A stretch of 62,259 nt of DNA, filler included. It is 6 parts of 6 records of this genome, joined end to end, with 100 filler letters (N's around TTAATTAATTAA, not from the genome) between each part and the next. Parts side by side here need not be neighbours in the genome. Positions count along the whole stretch, not along the records: positions 49,714 to 62,259 come from SRR31156797_9145; 5 more parts are not named here. The stretch is one strand, 5' to 3'. A program made the translations under genes and the position numbers. The notes below the pieces were generated by a model. The model was not told the DNA's origin and made no database searches. It saw only the letters and a list, made by a program, of their open reading frames with translations. Below are positions 49,855 through 60,107 of the stretch, piece by piece; position 1 is the first letter of the stretch, and each line of letters opens with the position of its first letter.

Positions 49855-50388
49855 ATGGCCCAAAGCAGTCAGAAATTCATCGGCCGTAATCGGCCCCCGC
49901 GTGTTCAGATTGAATATGACGTGGAGCTTTACGGTGCTGAGAAAAAAGTTCAAATCCCTTTTGTAATGGGCGTAATGGCGGACCTGGCCGGTAAACCCAG
50001 ACCTGATGAGCCGGTCACGCCGGTCCAGGATCGTAAATTTTTAGATATTGATGCCGATAATTTTACGGATAGACTCAAGTCCATGAGACCCCATGCCGCT
50101 TTCAGGGTTCCCAATACCATTACCGGTGAGGGTGAAATCGCAGTTGACCTGACCTTCGAAAGCCTGGATGATTTTTCTCCGGATGCCATTGCCCGGAATG
50201 TGGACGGCCTGAAACAATTGTTGGAAGCAAGAACTCAGCTGGAGACGCTGTTGACGCAAATGGACGGCAAAACCGGTGCTGAGGATCTCATTGCCGATCT
50301 CATCCAGGATGAATCGCTGCAAAAAGCGCTGACTTCGACTCAGGGGACTGCCGATGAATCTTCTGATAACCCTTCTTCTGACTCTTGA
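49855..50388 (+). CDS. tssB: T6SS contractile sheath small subunit
   Basis: SSQKFIGRNRPPRVQIEYDVE, PFVMGVMADL, DFSPD. Confidence 0.96.
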   Translation: MAQSSQKFIGRNRPPRVQIEYDVELYGAEKKVQIPFVMGVMADLAGKPRPDEPVTPVQDRKFLDIDADNFTDRLKSMRPHAAFRVPNTITGEGEIAVDLTFESLDDFSPDAIARNVDGLKQLLEARTQLETLLTQMDGKTGAEDLIADLIQDESLQKALTSTQGTADESSDNPSSDS

Positions 50389-50399
50389 GGAGTAAAGCC

Positions 50400-51893
50400 A
50401 TGAGCGAACAGCAAACTACCAGCGGGATTGAGAAAGAAGTAAAGGTACTTGAACCGGATGATTTTGCATCATTGCTGAAAAAGGAATTCAAGCCGAAATC
50501 AGATCGGGCAAAGGATGAGGTCGAAAGTGCGGTGCGGACCCTTGCCGAGTATGTACTCAAAGATACCAAGCTTGTCTCTTCCAATGCCGTCAACACCATA
50601 GAAGCCATCAAGGCAGCCATTGATCAGAAGCTCACGGAACAGATCAACCAGATCCTTCATCACTCGGATTTCCAAGAACTGGAAGGGGCCTGGCGGGGTC
50701 TTTACTACCTGATTAATAATACCGAAACCGATGAAATGTTGAAAATTAGGGCATTGAACATCAGTAAAAATGAATTGGCCAAGACCCTTAAAAATTTTAA
50801 AGGGGTTCGTTGGGATCAAAGCCCCATCTTTAAAAAGATTTACGGGGAGGGACTGGATCTTCTGGGCGGTGAGCCGTTCGGGTGTCTTGTGGGAGATTAT
50901 CATTTTGACCATAGCCCCCAGGATGTTGAAATACTGGGTGAAATGAGTAAAATTGCCGCTGCCGGCCATTCTCCCTTTATCAGTGGTGCTGCCCCGAGTG
51001 TCATGCAGATGGGCGACTGGAAAGAACTGATGGATCCGGCTGACTTGGCTAAGCGCTTTGAAGGGGCGGATTATGCAGAATGGCGGGCGTTGAGAGAATC
51101 GGAAGATTCCCGCTACATTGGGCTTGCCATGCCACGGTTCCTGGCACGTCGTCCTTACGGCGCTAAAGCTGAGCCCGTTGAAAAATTCGACTTTGAAGAA
51201 GATACGGAAGGCGCAGACAGCGGCAAATACTGCTGGGCCAATTCCGCCTATGCCATGGCAACGAATATCACCCGCTCCTTTAAATTATATGGGTGGTGTT
51301 CACGGATTCGGGGGGTGGAAGCCGGCGGTGCCGTAGAAGAGCTGCCTGTGCACTCATTCCCAACGGATGACGGCGGGGTGGATATGAAATGCCCAACTGA
51401 AATTGCAATCGGACAGCGGCGGGAGGCAGAATTGGCAAAACTGGGCTTTATGCCGCTGCTTCACAAACAAAACTCGAACTTTGCAGCGTTCATCGGGGCT
51501 CAGTCTCTTCAGAAACCGTTCGAATACGATGATCCGGATGCCACAGCCAACGCAAATTTGTCTGCCCGTTTGCCGTATCTTTTTGCCTGCTGCCGTTTTG
51601 CCCATTACCTGAAGGTGATTGTTTATAACAAAGTGGGAACCTTCAAGGAAGCGGACGAAATGCAGCGGTGGCTGAACAAGTGGATTATGCAGTATGTGGT
51701 CGGGAATCCCGGCAGTGCAGGGGAAAGAGAAAAATCTCGGAAACCTTTGGCTGCTGCTGAAATTAAGGTTCAAGAGGTGGAGGGAAACCCCGGTTACTAT
51801 ACCTCTACCTTTCATTTAAGGCCTCACTACCAGTTAGAAGGCCTGACCGTTTCCCTGCGGCTGGTTTCCAAGTTGCCGTCGGGAAAAACATGA
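50400..51893 (+). CDS. tssC: T6SS contractile sheath large subunit
   Basis: FQ.LE.AWRGL, GGEPFG, KCPTE, LPYLF..RFAHYLK, PHYQLEGL. Confidence 0.96.
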   Translation: MSEQQTTSGIEKEVKVLEPDDFASLLKKEFKPKSDRAKDEVESAVRTLAEYVLKDTKLVSSNAVNTIEAIKAAIDQKLTEQINQILHHSDFQELEGAWRGLYYLINNTETDEMLKIRALNISKNELAKTLKNFKGVRWDQSPIFKKIYGEGLDLLGGEPFGCLVGDYHFDHSPQDVEILGEMSKIAAAGHSPFISGAAPSVMQMGDWKELMDPADLAKRFEGADYAEWRALRESEDSRYIGLAMPRFLARRPYGAKAEPVEKFDFEEDTEGADSGKYCWANSAYAMATNITRSFKLYGWCSRIRGVEAGGAVEELPVHSFPTDDGGVDMKCPTEIAIGQRREAELAKLGFMPLLHKQNSNFAAFIGAQSLQKPFEYDDPDATANANLSARLPYLFACCRFAHYLKVIVYNKVGTFKEADEMQRWLNKWIMQYVVGNPGSAGEREKSRKPLAAAEIKVQEVEGNPGYYTSTFHLRPHYQLEGLTVSLRLVSKLPSGKT

Positions 51894-51942
51894 TAGATAT
51901 CATGGCAGTTAATTAAAACCTAAAACACGCAGGAGGAAAAAA

Positions 51943-52425
51943 ATGGCTTTTGATTGTCTTTTAAAAATTAATGGTGTGGATGGCGAGTCCAAAATTAATG
52001 GACATGAAGATGAGATTGATATCCTTGCCTGGAGCTGGGGACTGGCCCAATCCGGCACTACCCACACGGGCGGCGGCGGAGGTGCCGGTAAAGTTAATAT
52101 TCAGGATCTTTCACTGACAAAATATGTTGACAAATCAACTCCTGAACTCATGAGGGCCTGCTGCAACGGCAAACATTTTGACGAAGCGATTCTCACCGTC
52201 CGGAAAGCCGGCGAGGAGGCCATTGAATACATGAAAGTGACCATGAATCAGGTACTGGTCACGTCAGTGAGCACCGGCGGCAGTGGTGGTGAAGACCGGA
52301 TAACAGAAAATGTTACGCTTAATTTTGCCAAAATGGAGACCGGCTATACCCCCCAGAAAGACGATGGGACAGGTGATGCGGAAATTACCATGAACTGGAA
52401 TATTGAAAAGAACGTTGAGGAATAG
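51943..52425 (+). CDS. hcp: T6SS tube protein Hcp
   Basis: GES...H.DEI..LAWSWG, GGGGAGKV, DLSLTKYVDKSTP, ENVTLNF. Confidence 0.97.
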   Translation: MAFDCLLKINGVDGESKINGHEDEIDILAWSWGLAQSGTTHTGGGGGAGKVNIQDLSLTKYVDKSTPELMRACCNGKHFDEAILTVRKAGEEAIEYMKVTMNQVLVTSVSTGGSGGEDRITENVTLNFAKMETGYTPQKDDGTGDAEITMNWNIEKNVEE

Positions 52426-52573
52426 ATCTGGGACCGTGTGGTTCAGCCACGCACAGCCCGGCATGATTATTCCAACTGCTTTTTAATCTCTTGTTCTTGT
52501 TCAGTATCGCAGGGTTTTGGGTATTTGAGCAAGAACAGGAGAAAGCGGTAAATTTGTATTGAAAGGGCAAATA

Positions 52574-53395
52574 ATGCTTGCAGAAGAGTATTTTCGAAAA
52601 GGTGATCTTGAAGGTGCCCTGGAAAAACTCAAAGATATGATCCGCAGCCAGCCGGAAAACAGTCAGTACCGAATATTTCTTTTCCAGTTGCTGATTATAA
52701 ACGGTGAGTGGCAGCGTGCTCTGACTCAGCTGGATGTGCTTGCAGACCTGGATGCAGGAACCCTGCCCATGGTGCATCTGTGCCGGCAGGCTATTGCCTG
52801 TGAAACGTTGAGAACCGAAATTTTTGCCGGAAACCGCCAACCAACCATATTTGGCGAACCGCCTCAATGGATGGCGCTGCTGTTGGAAGCGTTGAAGCTG
52901 ACAGCTCAAAAACAGTATGACCAGGCGGAATTGATGCGGAATCAGGCCTTTGAACAGGCCCGGGAAAGCTCAGGGAAAATTGACGGCACGGCCTTTGATT
53001 GGGTAGCCGATGCCGATGCCAGACTGGGGCCTGTCCTTGAAGTTATTGTAAACGGACAATACTATTGGGTGCCTTTTGAAAGAATTCAAGGGATCACCAT
53101 TGAGGCACCGGAAGATCTGCGCGACTTTGTATGGCTGCCGGCTTATTTTACATGGGAAAACAGTGGTCAAATTTATGGACTTATCCCATCCCGTTATCCC
53201 GGTTCTGAACGATCTGCCGATTCATCCATCCGGCTGGCCCGGAAAACACAGTGGGAAGAGGTGGCCAAAGGGGTATACCACGGCAAGGGGCAGAAAATGC
53301 TGGCCACCGATCAGAAAGATTATCCCGTGCTGGATATCCGGCTAATCAATATGGGGCCCGGTGATACAGATGGTAATGGGATGAGTAAGGGCTGA
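52574..53395 (+). CDS. tagJ: T6SS accessory protein TagJ/ImpE
   Basis: FLFQLL...GEW.RA..QL, W.ADAD.RLGP, YYWVPF, PEDLRD.VW, IPSRYPG. Confidence 0.92.
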   Translation: MLAEEYFRKGDLEGALEKLKDMIRSQPENSQYRIFLFQLLIINGEWQRALTQLDVLADLDAGTLPMVHLCRQAIACETLRTEIFAGNRQPTIFGEPPQWMALLLEALKLTAQKQYDQAELMRNQAFEQARESSGKIDGTAFDWVADADARLGPVLEVIVNGQYYWVPFERIQGITIEAPEDLRDFVWLPAYFTWENSGQIYGLIPSRYPGSERSADSSIRLARKTQWEEVAKGVYHGKGQKMLATDQKDYPVLDIRLINMGPGDTDGNGMSKG

Positions 53396-53398
53396 TCC

Positions 53399-53941
53399 AT
53401 GGCCAAAAATACAAATAAAGAAATACTGCAGCCATCTCTTTTGGAACGGCTCAAAGATGATGAACCCGGCAAACAAACTGAGCCCTATGATCAAAGCATT
53501 ATGTCTTTTCGCAGGCTCAGGGCTTCGGTATTGCGGGATTTGAACTGGCTTCTGAACGCCATTTGTTTTGAAACCGGTGAGAACGAATTAAAGGCCTATC
53601 CTGAGGTGAGAAAATCTGTGGTCAATTTTGGTATTCGGAATTTTTCAGGCCTGACGTCCGGCGGCAAAAGTCATACCGTGCTGGAACGGGCTCTTGAAGA
53701 AGCCATTCTCAATTTTGAACCCCGGATTATTCCGCAGTCGCTCAGGGTGCATGTGCTGGATGAGGACGAGCTGGGATCGCCTGATTTTAAAACCAATCAT
53801 TATGACGAGCATCGTTATCCCAATATTGTACTGTTTAAAATCGAGGGCGATCTCTGGGCAGAGCCCATGCCTGAGCGTCTTTACCTTAAAACGGTTTTGG
53901 ATCTGGAGCAGGGGAAAATAGACGTAATGGACGATAATTAA
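53399..53941 (+). CDS. tssE: T6SS baseplate subunit TssE (gp25-like)
   Basis: QPSLLERL.DD.P, RDLNWLLN, SVVNFG, FEPR. Confidence 0.93.
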   Translation: MAKNTNKEILQPSLLERLKDDEPGKQTEPYDQSIMSFRRLRASVLRDLNWLLNAICFETGENELKAYPEVRKSVVNFGIRNFSGLTSGGKSHTVLERALEEAILNFEPRIIPQSLRVHVLDEDELGSPDFKTNHYDEHRYPNIVLFKIEGDLWAEPMPERLYLKTVLDLEQGKIDVMDDN

Positions 53942-53946
53942 ACAAC

Positions 53947-55821
53947 ATGGATCCGAATTTACTCAGATATTACAACCGTGAATTACGGTATATCCGCGCA
54001 ATGGGAGGGGAATTTTCCAAAGAATTTCCCAAAATTGCCGGACGGCTGGCACTGGGCGAATTTGAATGCGAGGATCCTTATGTGGAACGTCTCCTGGAAG
54101 GATTTGCTTTTCTGGCCGCCAGGGTCCGGTTAAAGGTCGATGCGGAATTCCCCCGGTTTACCCAGCATCTTCTGGAAATGGTTTACCCTCATTTCCTTGC
54201 GCCGCTGCCATCCATGGCTGTGGTCCGCATGACGCCGGATTTTGATGAAAGCGCACTAAGCAGGGGTGAGGTGATTCCCCGGGGTGAAGAACTGCGCAGC
54301 CTGATCGCCAAAGAAGAACAGACCGCCTGTAAATACCGCACGGCCCATGAGGTAACCCTATGGCCCTTGAAGTTGACCAAGGCTGAATACCTTGTCGGTG
54401 CAGGCGCGGTTGCCAACTGCGGGGTTACTGTCTGTAAAGGGGTGAAAGGGGGATTAAGGATCAAATTGGAAACAACGGCAGGGCTTTCGTTCAATGCACT
54501 TGCCCTTGACCGGCTTCCCATATTCCTGCAGGGGGAAGAGGTCGCCTTTCAGCTGTATGAGCACCTGGCGGCCAATCTTCTGGACGTGGTGGTCCGGCCG
54601 CCAACGCGACCGGCACCGTGGCAGGAATCTCTGCCGGTTTCCGCCGTAAAAGGCATTGGATTTGACGACCATCAGGCCATGCTCCCGTATACGGCCCGCT
54701 CTTTTCAAGGATACCGGCTGCTCCAGGAGTATTTTGCACTGCCCCAGCGATTCTTGTTTGTCGAAATAGCAGGTCTGAGAAAAGCAGTTCAGCGTTGTGA
54801 AGGCAGTGAACTTGAGCTGATTTTTCAGTTCAGCCGAATCAACCCAGAGTTGTCCCGGACGGTTCTATCCTCCCATTTTGAGTTGTTTTGTACACCGGTG
54901 ATCAACCTGTTTCCCAAAACCACCGACCGCATCCATCTCACCCAAAAAACTACTGAATACCATATTGTCCCGGATCGCAATAAACCTCTGGATTTTGAGG
55001 TGTTCGGCATATCCAGCGTTAAAGGCTATGGTGCGGAAGCAGAAAGCCGGATTGAATTTTTGCCGTTTTATAAAATCAAGGACGAACAAATCGGTCAGGA
55101 AAAACAGGCCTATTACACGACCTTTCGGGAACCGCGCCGGGTGTCTGATAGTGAACGGCGTGCCCGGCCCCGTATCAGGTATGTGGGCAGTGAAATGTTT
55201 TTATCCCTTGTGGATGCCGAAGACGCACCATTCAGTCATAGCCTGAAACAAATCGGGCTTCAGGTCCTGTGTACCAACCGGGATTTGCCCCTGCATATGC
55301 CTGTTGGCATGGGGCAAACCGATTTTTCCCTGTCATCCGGCGCACCGGTGACATCTATTCGATGTGTGGCAGGCCCGACATTCCCGAAAGCGTCCTCGGC
55401 CCATAAATCAACCGCCTGGAGGCTGATCAGCCACTTGTCGCTTAATTATCTATCATTGACCGATAACGACAGGGAAAAGGGGGCTGCAGCCCTGCGTCAG
55501 ATCCTGTCGCTTTACGGGGATATCAGTGAATCTGAAATTCGAAAGCAGATCGAAGGGATCCGCTCTATGAAAACAACGCAGGTCACCCGGCGACTGCCTG
55601 TTCCAGGTCCCATCAGCTTTGGAAGGGGACTGGAATTGACTGTTGAATTCGACGAGTCTGCTTTCCAGGGCAGCGGCATTATCATTTTGGGAGCGGTGCT
55701 TCAACATTTTTTTGAACGCTATACCAGCATCAACTCTTTTACAGAAACCGTAATCACAACCATGGAACGGGGGCAGATCATTCGATGGCCGGCACGGATC
55801 GGAACACGGCATACACTTTAG
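53947..55821 (+). CDS. tssF: T6SS baseplate subunit TssF
   Basis: DPYVERLLEGFAFL, GYRLLQEYF, CTPVINLF, WRLISHLSLNYLSL, SINSF. Confidence 0.96.
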   Translation: MDPNLLRYYNRELRYIRAMGGEFSKEFPKIAGRLALGEFECEDPYVERLLEGFAFLAARVRLKVDAEFPRFTQHLLEMVYPHFLAPLPSMAVVRMTPDFDESALSRGEVIPRGEELRSLIAKEEQTACKYRTAHEVTLWPLKLTKAEYLVGAGAVANCGVTVCKGVKGGLRIKLETTAGLSFNALALDRLPIFLQGEEVAFQLYEHLAANLLDVVVRPPTRPAPWQESLPVSAVKGIGFDDHQAMLPYTARSFQGYRLLQEYFALPQRFLFVEIAGLRKAVQRCEGSELELIFQFSRINPELSRTVLSSHFELFCTPVINLFPKTTDRIHLTQKTTEYHIVPDRNKPLDFEVFGISSVKGYGAEAESRIEFLPFYKIKDEQIGQEKQAYYTTFREPRRVSDSERRARPRIRYVGSEMFLSLVDAEDAPFSHSLKQIGLQVLCTNRDLPLHMPVGMGQTDFSLSSGAPVTSIRCVAGPTFPKASSAHKSTAWRLISHLSLNYLSLTDNDREKGAAALRQILSLYGDISESEIRKQIEGIRSMKTTQVTRRLPVPGPISFGRGLELTVEFDESAFQGSGIIILGAVLQHFFERYTSINSFTETVITTMERGQIIRWPARIGTRHTL

Positions 55822-56813
55822 AGCAATTGCTTGAAAGTCTGAAAGACAAACCGTATACGTACGGGTTTTTCCAGGCCATGCGGATGATGGAGTGCCTGCA
55901 TCCGGACCGTCCAAGGCTTGGGATGTCACGCCAGCCTGGCGATGACCCCATCCGGCTGGGACAGGATCCCTCACCTGTTTTTGAGGCGGCAACCTTGACG
56001 CGGTTTGAACCTGGAAAAAAGGATCAGCCCCACCGGCTGATGGTCCGGTTTTTAGGGCTTTTGGGACCCAACGGTCCGTTGCCCCATCATTTGACAGAGT
56101 ATGCTTATAAACGGGTGAAGCACAATCGTGATGAGACTTTTCCCCGATTTTTGGATATTTTTCACCACAGGATGCTCTGCCTGTTTTACCGGGCCTGGGC
56201 CAACAATCAACCCACAGCCAGCTATGACCGTCCGGAAACCGACCGGTTTTCGGATTACACAGGGTCTTTGGCAGGATTTGGCATGCCTTTTTTACGCCAG
56301 CGCGATGACATGCCGGATGCTGCAAAAATGTATTACATCGGACGGCTGGCCTGCCAGACCAAATCGGCTGACGGGCTGGAAGCCATATTGAAAGATTTTT
56401 TCGGTCTGCCCGCTGCAATAAACGGATTTATCGGCGAGTGGATGGATTTGCCACAACACAATATTTGTTGCCTTGGCAAAAATTCCGAAAATGAAATTCT
56501 GAATCAGTCCATTATCCTTGGGCAACGCTTTTGGAGCTGCCAGCATAAATTCAGAATTATTTTAGGACCCTTGAACTTTAAGGAATATACCAGCCTTTTG
56601 CCCATTGGAAAGTGCATCCAGCGCCTGACTGATATGGTTCGCAATTATATCGGAGATGAACTGGCCTGGGATCTGAATCTGATTTTAAAAAAAGAAGAAG
56701 TGCCCGTCGCGCAGCTGAACCGGGGGTATCGTCTGGGATGGACCACATGGCTGGACCGCCGGAGCGGGGAAAAAGATGCTCAAAATCTGATTTTGACGCC
56801 ATCTTTATCATAA
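55785..56813 (+). CDS. tssG: T6SS baseplate subunit TssG
   Basis: FFQAMR, LGLLGPNGPLP, FLDIFHHR..LFYRAW, LGWTTWL. Confidence 0.95.
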   Translation: MAGTDRNTAYTLEQLLESLKDKPYTYGFFQAMRMMECLHPDRPRLGMSRQPGDDPIRLGQDPSPVFEAATLTRFEPGKKDQPHRLMVRFLGLLGPNGPLPHHLTEYAYKRVKHNRDETFPRFLDIFHHRMLCLFYRAWANNQPTASYDRPETDRFSDYTGSLAGFGMPFLRQRDDMPDAAKMYYIGRLACQTKSADGLEAILKDFFGLPAAINGFIGEWMDLPQHNICCLGKNSENEILNQSIILGQRFWSCQHKFRIILGPLNFKEYTSLLPIGKCIQRLTDMVRNYIGDELAWDLNLILKKEEVPVAQLNRGYRLGWTTWLDRRSGEKDAQNLILTPSLS

Positions 56814-56861
56814 TGGATAAGGCCCGAAGGGCCTCAACAAATAAAGATTAGGGAGCCCAAC

Positions 56862-59576
56862 ATGACTGAAATCAGCCGGAGCGCATTGTTTGGGAAGTTA
56901 AACAGCCTGGCCTACCAGACCATTGAAAGTGCAACCGTGTTCTGTAAAATGCGCGGCAATCCATACGTGGAGTTGGTACACTGGCTGCACCAGATTCTTG
57001 AGCAGCCCAACTCGGACCTGCATCAAATTATCAAACATTTTTCTTTGGATCACGGCTGTCTGGCCAAAGATTTAACCCAGGCCCTGGATCGCCTGCCCCG
57101 GGGAACGACCAGTCTCCAGGATTTTTCATCCCACGTGGAGGAAGCCATTGAAAGAGGATGGGTGTATGGTTCCCTTATGTTTGAAGCATTCCAGATCCGT
57201 ACGGGTTACCTGGTTATCGGTATTTTGAAAACCCGGGGACTTAAGCTTGCCCTGGAAGGAATCTCAAGCGAATTTCAAAAAATCAGCGTTGATGACCTTA
57301 CCGGTAAATTCAATATAATACTTGAAGGTTCTCCTGAAGACCAGCTACCCCCCACAGAAGGATCCGGGCCTGTTGATGCCGGAGGGACCCCGGGACTTGG
57401 CAAACAAGAGGCTTTGAATCAGTTTTCCGTTGATCTGACAAAAAAAGCGCGTAACGGCGAACTCGATCCGGTAGTGGCCCGGGACAGTGAAATCCGGCAA
57501 ATCGTGGATATCCTCATGCGCCGGCGCCAGAATAATCCCATTTTGACAGGGGAAGCCGGGGTCGGTAAAACAGCAGTGGTCGAAGGGTTCGCCCTGCACA
57601 TCGCTGCCGGGGATGTACCGCCGCCCCTGGAAAACGTTACCCTAAGAGTTCTGGACGTTGGACTGCTTCAGGCCGGTGCCAGTTACAAGGGCGAGTTTGA
57701 AAAACGGCTGCACCAGGTGATTGACGAGGTCCAGGCATCGGAAAAACCGATTATTCTGTTTATTGATGAGGCCCACACTTTGATTGGAGCCGGCGGTTCG
57801 GCCGGAACAGGTGATGCGGCCAATTTATTAAAACCGGCCCTGGCCCGGGGCACTCTCAGAACCATTGCCGCAACCACCTGGGCTGAATATAAAAAATATA
57901 TTGAGAAGGATCCGGCCCTGACTCGCAGGTTTCAGGTCGTGCAGATTCATGAACCCGGAGAAGAAGATGCTGTCCGGATGATGCGCAGCATGGCATCGGT
58001 CATGGAGGGACACCACAAGGTTAAAGTGCTGGACGAAGCCCTGGCCGCATCGGTCACCCTTTCCCATAGATATATCCCGGCCAGACAGTTGCCGGATAAA
58101 TCCATCAGTCTTCTGGATACAGCCTGTGCCAGGGCTGCCATCAGCCAGCACGCAGTCCCGGCTGAAGTGGACAACTGCCGGAAAGCCATTGCCCATCTGG
58201 AAACTGAGCTGGAAATTATTCAAAGGGAAGCATCCATTGGAATAGAAACCGGTCAACGCGAACCCGATATTTTAAACAGCCTTGAAACTGAAAAAGAACG
58301 ACTTGGCAGTTTAGAAGAGCGGTGGCAGGCCGAAAAAGAGGTGGTGGAAAAGATTCTCAGCCTCCAGCAAACCCTTCAGCAAGGGTCAGATAAAGCCGAT
58401 CCTTCCAACGAAGAAATAGAGGAAAAAGAACAGATTCCGGCACAAGAGGATGTTGAGGACCTGAGAACTCAATTAAGCAACTTGATAAATGAGATGCGTG
58501 AACTTCAGGGCGACAATCCCCTGATCCTGCCAACGGTGGATTTTCAGGCTGTGGCCGCTGTCGTGGGCGACTGGACCGGTATCCCGGTGGGCCGGATGAT
58601 GAAAAATGAGATCAACACCGTTTTAAGTCTTTCCGACATTATCGGCCGCCGCATCATCGGTCAGGATCATGCCCTGGAAATGATTGCCAAACGCATCCAA
58701 ACCTCCCGGGCAAGCCTGGACAACCCCCAGAAGCCCATTGGTGTTTTTATGCTGGCTGGCCCTTCAGGGGTTGGAAAGACGGAAACCGCCCTTGCCCTGG
58801 CCGAAGCCCTCTACGGCGGTGAGCAGAATGTGGTGACCATCAATATGAGTGAGTTCCAGGAATCCCATACGGTTTCCACCCTCAAGGGAGCCCCTCCAGG
58901 GTATGTCGGATACGGTGAAGGTGGAGTTTTAACCGAAGCGGTTCGACGCAAACCTTACAGCGTGATATTGCTGGATGAGGTGGAAAAAGCCCACCCCGAC
59001 GTCCATGAAATTTTTTTCCAGGTGTTTGACAAGGGATGGATGGAAGACGGTGAAGGCCGCCTCATCGACTTTAAAAATACGTTGATTCTGCTGACCACTA
59101 ATGTGGGCAGCGATCTGATCATGAACATGTGCAAGGATCCTGATTTGATGCCTCTGCCGGAAGGGATGGCAAAAAGTTTGCGTAAACCCATGCTGGATGT
59201 GTTTCCTGCCGCCCTTTTGGGGCGTTTGATCACCATCCCCTATTATCCTTTAAGTGATGAGGTGCTTGGACGTATCATCACCCTTCAGTTGGGGCGCATT
59301 GAAAAACGGATCAAAGAAAACCACAACATACCCTTTACCTATGATGAGGCCGTGATATCACATATCATCAGCCGCTGCACCGAACTTGAAAGCGGCGGGC
59401 GTATGATTGATTCCATCTTGACCAATACCGTACTGCCGAGCATCAGCCGACGGATACTGGAGGGTATTTTGGATGGAAAACCCATTGCCGGCGTGCATAT
59501 CCGTGAGGAAAAAGGAGAGTTTGCATACCGTTTCAATGAAGCGCAGGATGAAGATTCAACGCAAAAACAAGATTAA
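56862..59576 (+). CDS. tssH: T6SS AAA+ ATPase ClpV
   Basis: RRRQNNPILTGEAGVGKT, DAANLLKPALARG, GPSGVGKTE, VRRKPYSV. Confidence 0.97.
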   Translation: MTEISRSALFGKLNSLAYQTIESATVFCKMRGNPYVELVHWLHQILEQPNSDLHQIIKHFSLDHGCLAKDLTQALDRLPRGTTSLQDFSSHVEEAIERGWVYGSLMFEAFQIRTGYLVIGILKTRGLKLALEGISSEFQKISVDDLTGKFNIILEGSPEDQLPPTEGSGPVDAGGTPGLGKQEALNQFSVDLTKKARNGELDPVVARDSEIRQIVDILMRRRQNNPILTGEAGVGKTAVVEGFALHIAAGDVPPPLENVTLRVLDVGLLQAGASYKGEFEKRLHQVIDEVQASEKPIILFIDEAHTLIGAGGSAGTGDAANLLKPALARGTLRTIAATTWAEYKKYIEKDPALTRRFQVVQIHEPGEEDAVRMMRSMASVMEGHHKVKVLDEALAASVTLSHRYIPARQLPDKSISLLDTACARAAISQHAVPAEVDNCRKAIAHLETELEIIQREASIGIETGQREPDILNSLETEKERLGSLEERWQAEKEVVEKILSLQQTLQQGSDKADPSNEEIEEKEQIPAQEDVEDLRTQLSNLINEMRELQGDNPLILPTVDFQAVAAVVGDWTGIPVGRMMKNEINTVLSLSDIIGRRIIGQDHALEMIAKRIQTSRASLDNPQKPIGVFMLAGPSGVGKTETALALAEALYGGEQNVVTINMSEFQESHTVSTLKGAPPGYVGYGEGGVLTEAVRRKPYSVILLDEVEKAHPDVHEIFFQVFDKGWMEDGEGRLIDFKNTLILLTTNVGSDLIMNMCKDPDLMPLPEGMAKSLRKPMLDVFPAALLGRLITIPYYPLSDEVLGRIITLQLGRIEKRIKENHNIPFTYDEAVISHIISRCTELESGGRMIDSILTNTVLPSISRRILEGILDGKPIAGVHIREEKGEFAYRFNEAQDEDSTQKQD

Positions 59577-59607
59577 GTACAGGACCCAAATAATCGGAGG
59601 AAAAGGA

Positions 59608-60096
59608 ATGCTGAAAAAAATGCTGGTGACAGGCTGTATGGTGTTGTTGTTGACAGGATGTGGCTTTTTTTCTAAGGATGACATCCCTCCTCCGCCTCCG
59701 GAGCCGACCATTGTGGTTGTTGAATTCACGGCCGACGAGGAAATTAATCCGGACAACCAGGGGCGTCCATCACCCTTGGTGGTGCGCATTTATCAGCTCA
59801 AATATTATGAAGCCTTTGAGAATGCAGACTATAATGCGTTGTATGATGACGATACTGCAACTCTGGGTAAGGCGCTCATCGCCAAAAGGGAAATCATACT
59901 TCAGCCCGGGGATAAAAAAATCGAACTGCTCCGGGAGGTTTCTAATGAGGCCCGTACCATCGGTTTCATGGGGCATTTTAGAAACGAGAACGCTCAATGG
60001 CGGACCACAACAGGTATCCGGCCTAATAAAACCACGGTTATCCGGGTCCATGCGAGCGGAACCACCCTTATCAGTCAATTACAAGGTAATCAATAA
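59608..60096 (+). CDS. tssJ: T6SS outer-membrane lipoprotein TssJ
   Basis: LLTG-C lipobox, INPD..GRPSPLVVRIYQLK; start reset to 59608. Confidence 0.92.
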   Translation: MLKKMLVTGCMVLLLTGCGFFSKDDIPPPPPEPTIVVVEFTADEEINPDNQGRPSPLVVRIYQLKYYEAFENADYNALYDDDTATLGKALIAKREIILQPGDKKIELLREVSNEARTIGFMGHFRNENAQWRTTTGIRPNKTTVIRVHASGTTLISQLQGNQ

Positions 60097-60107
60097 AGTA
60101 GGCAATT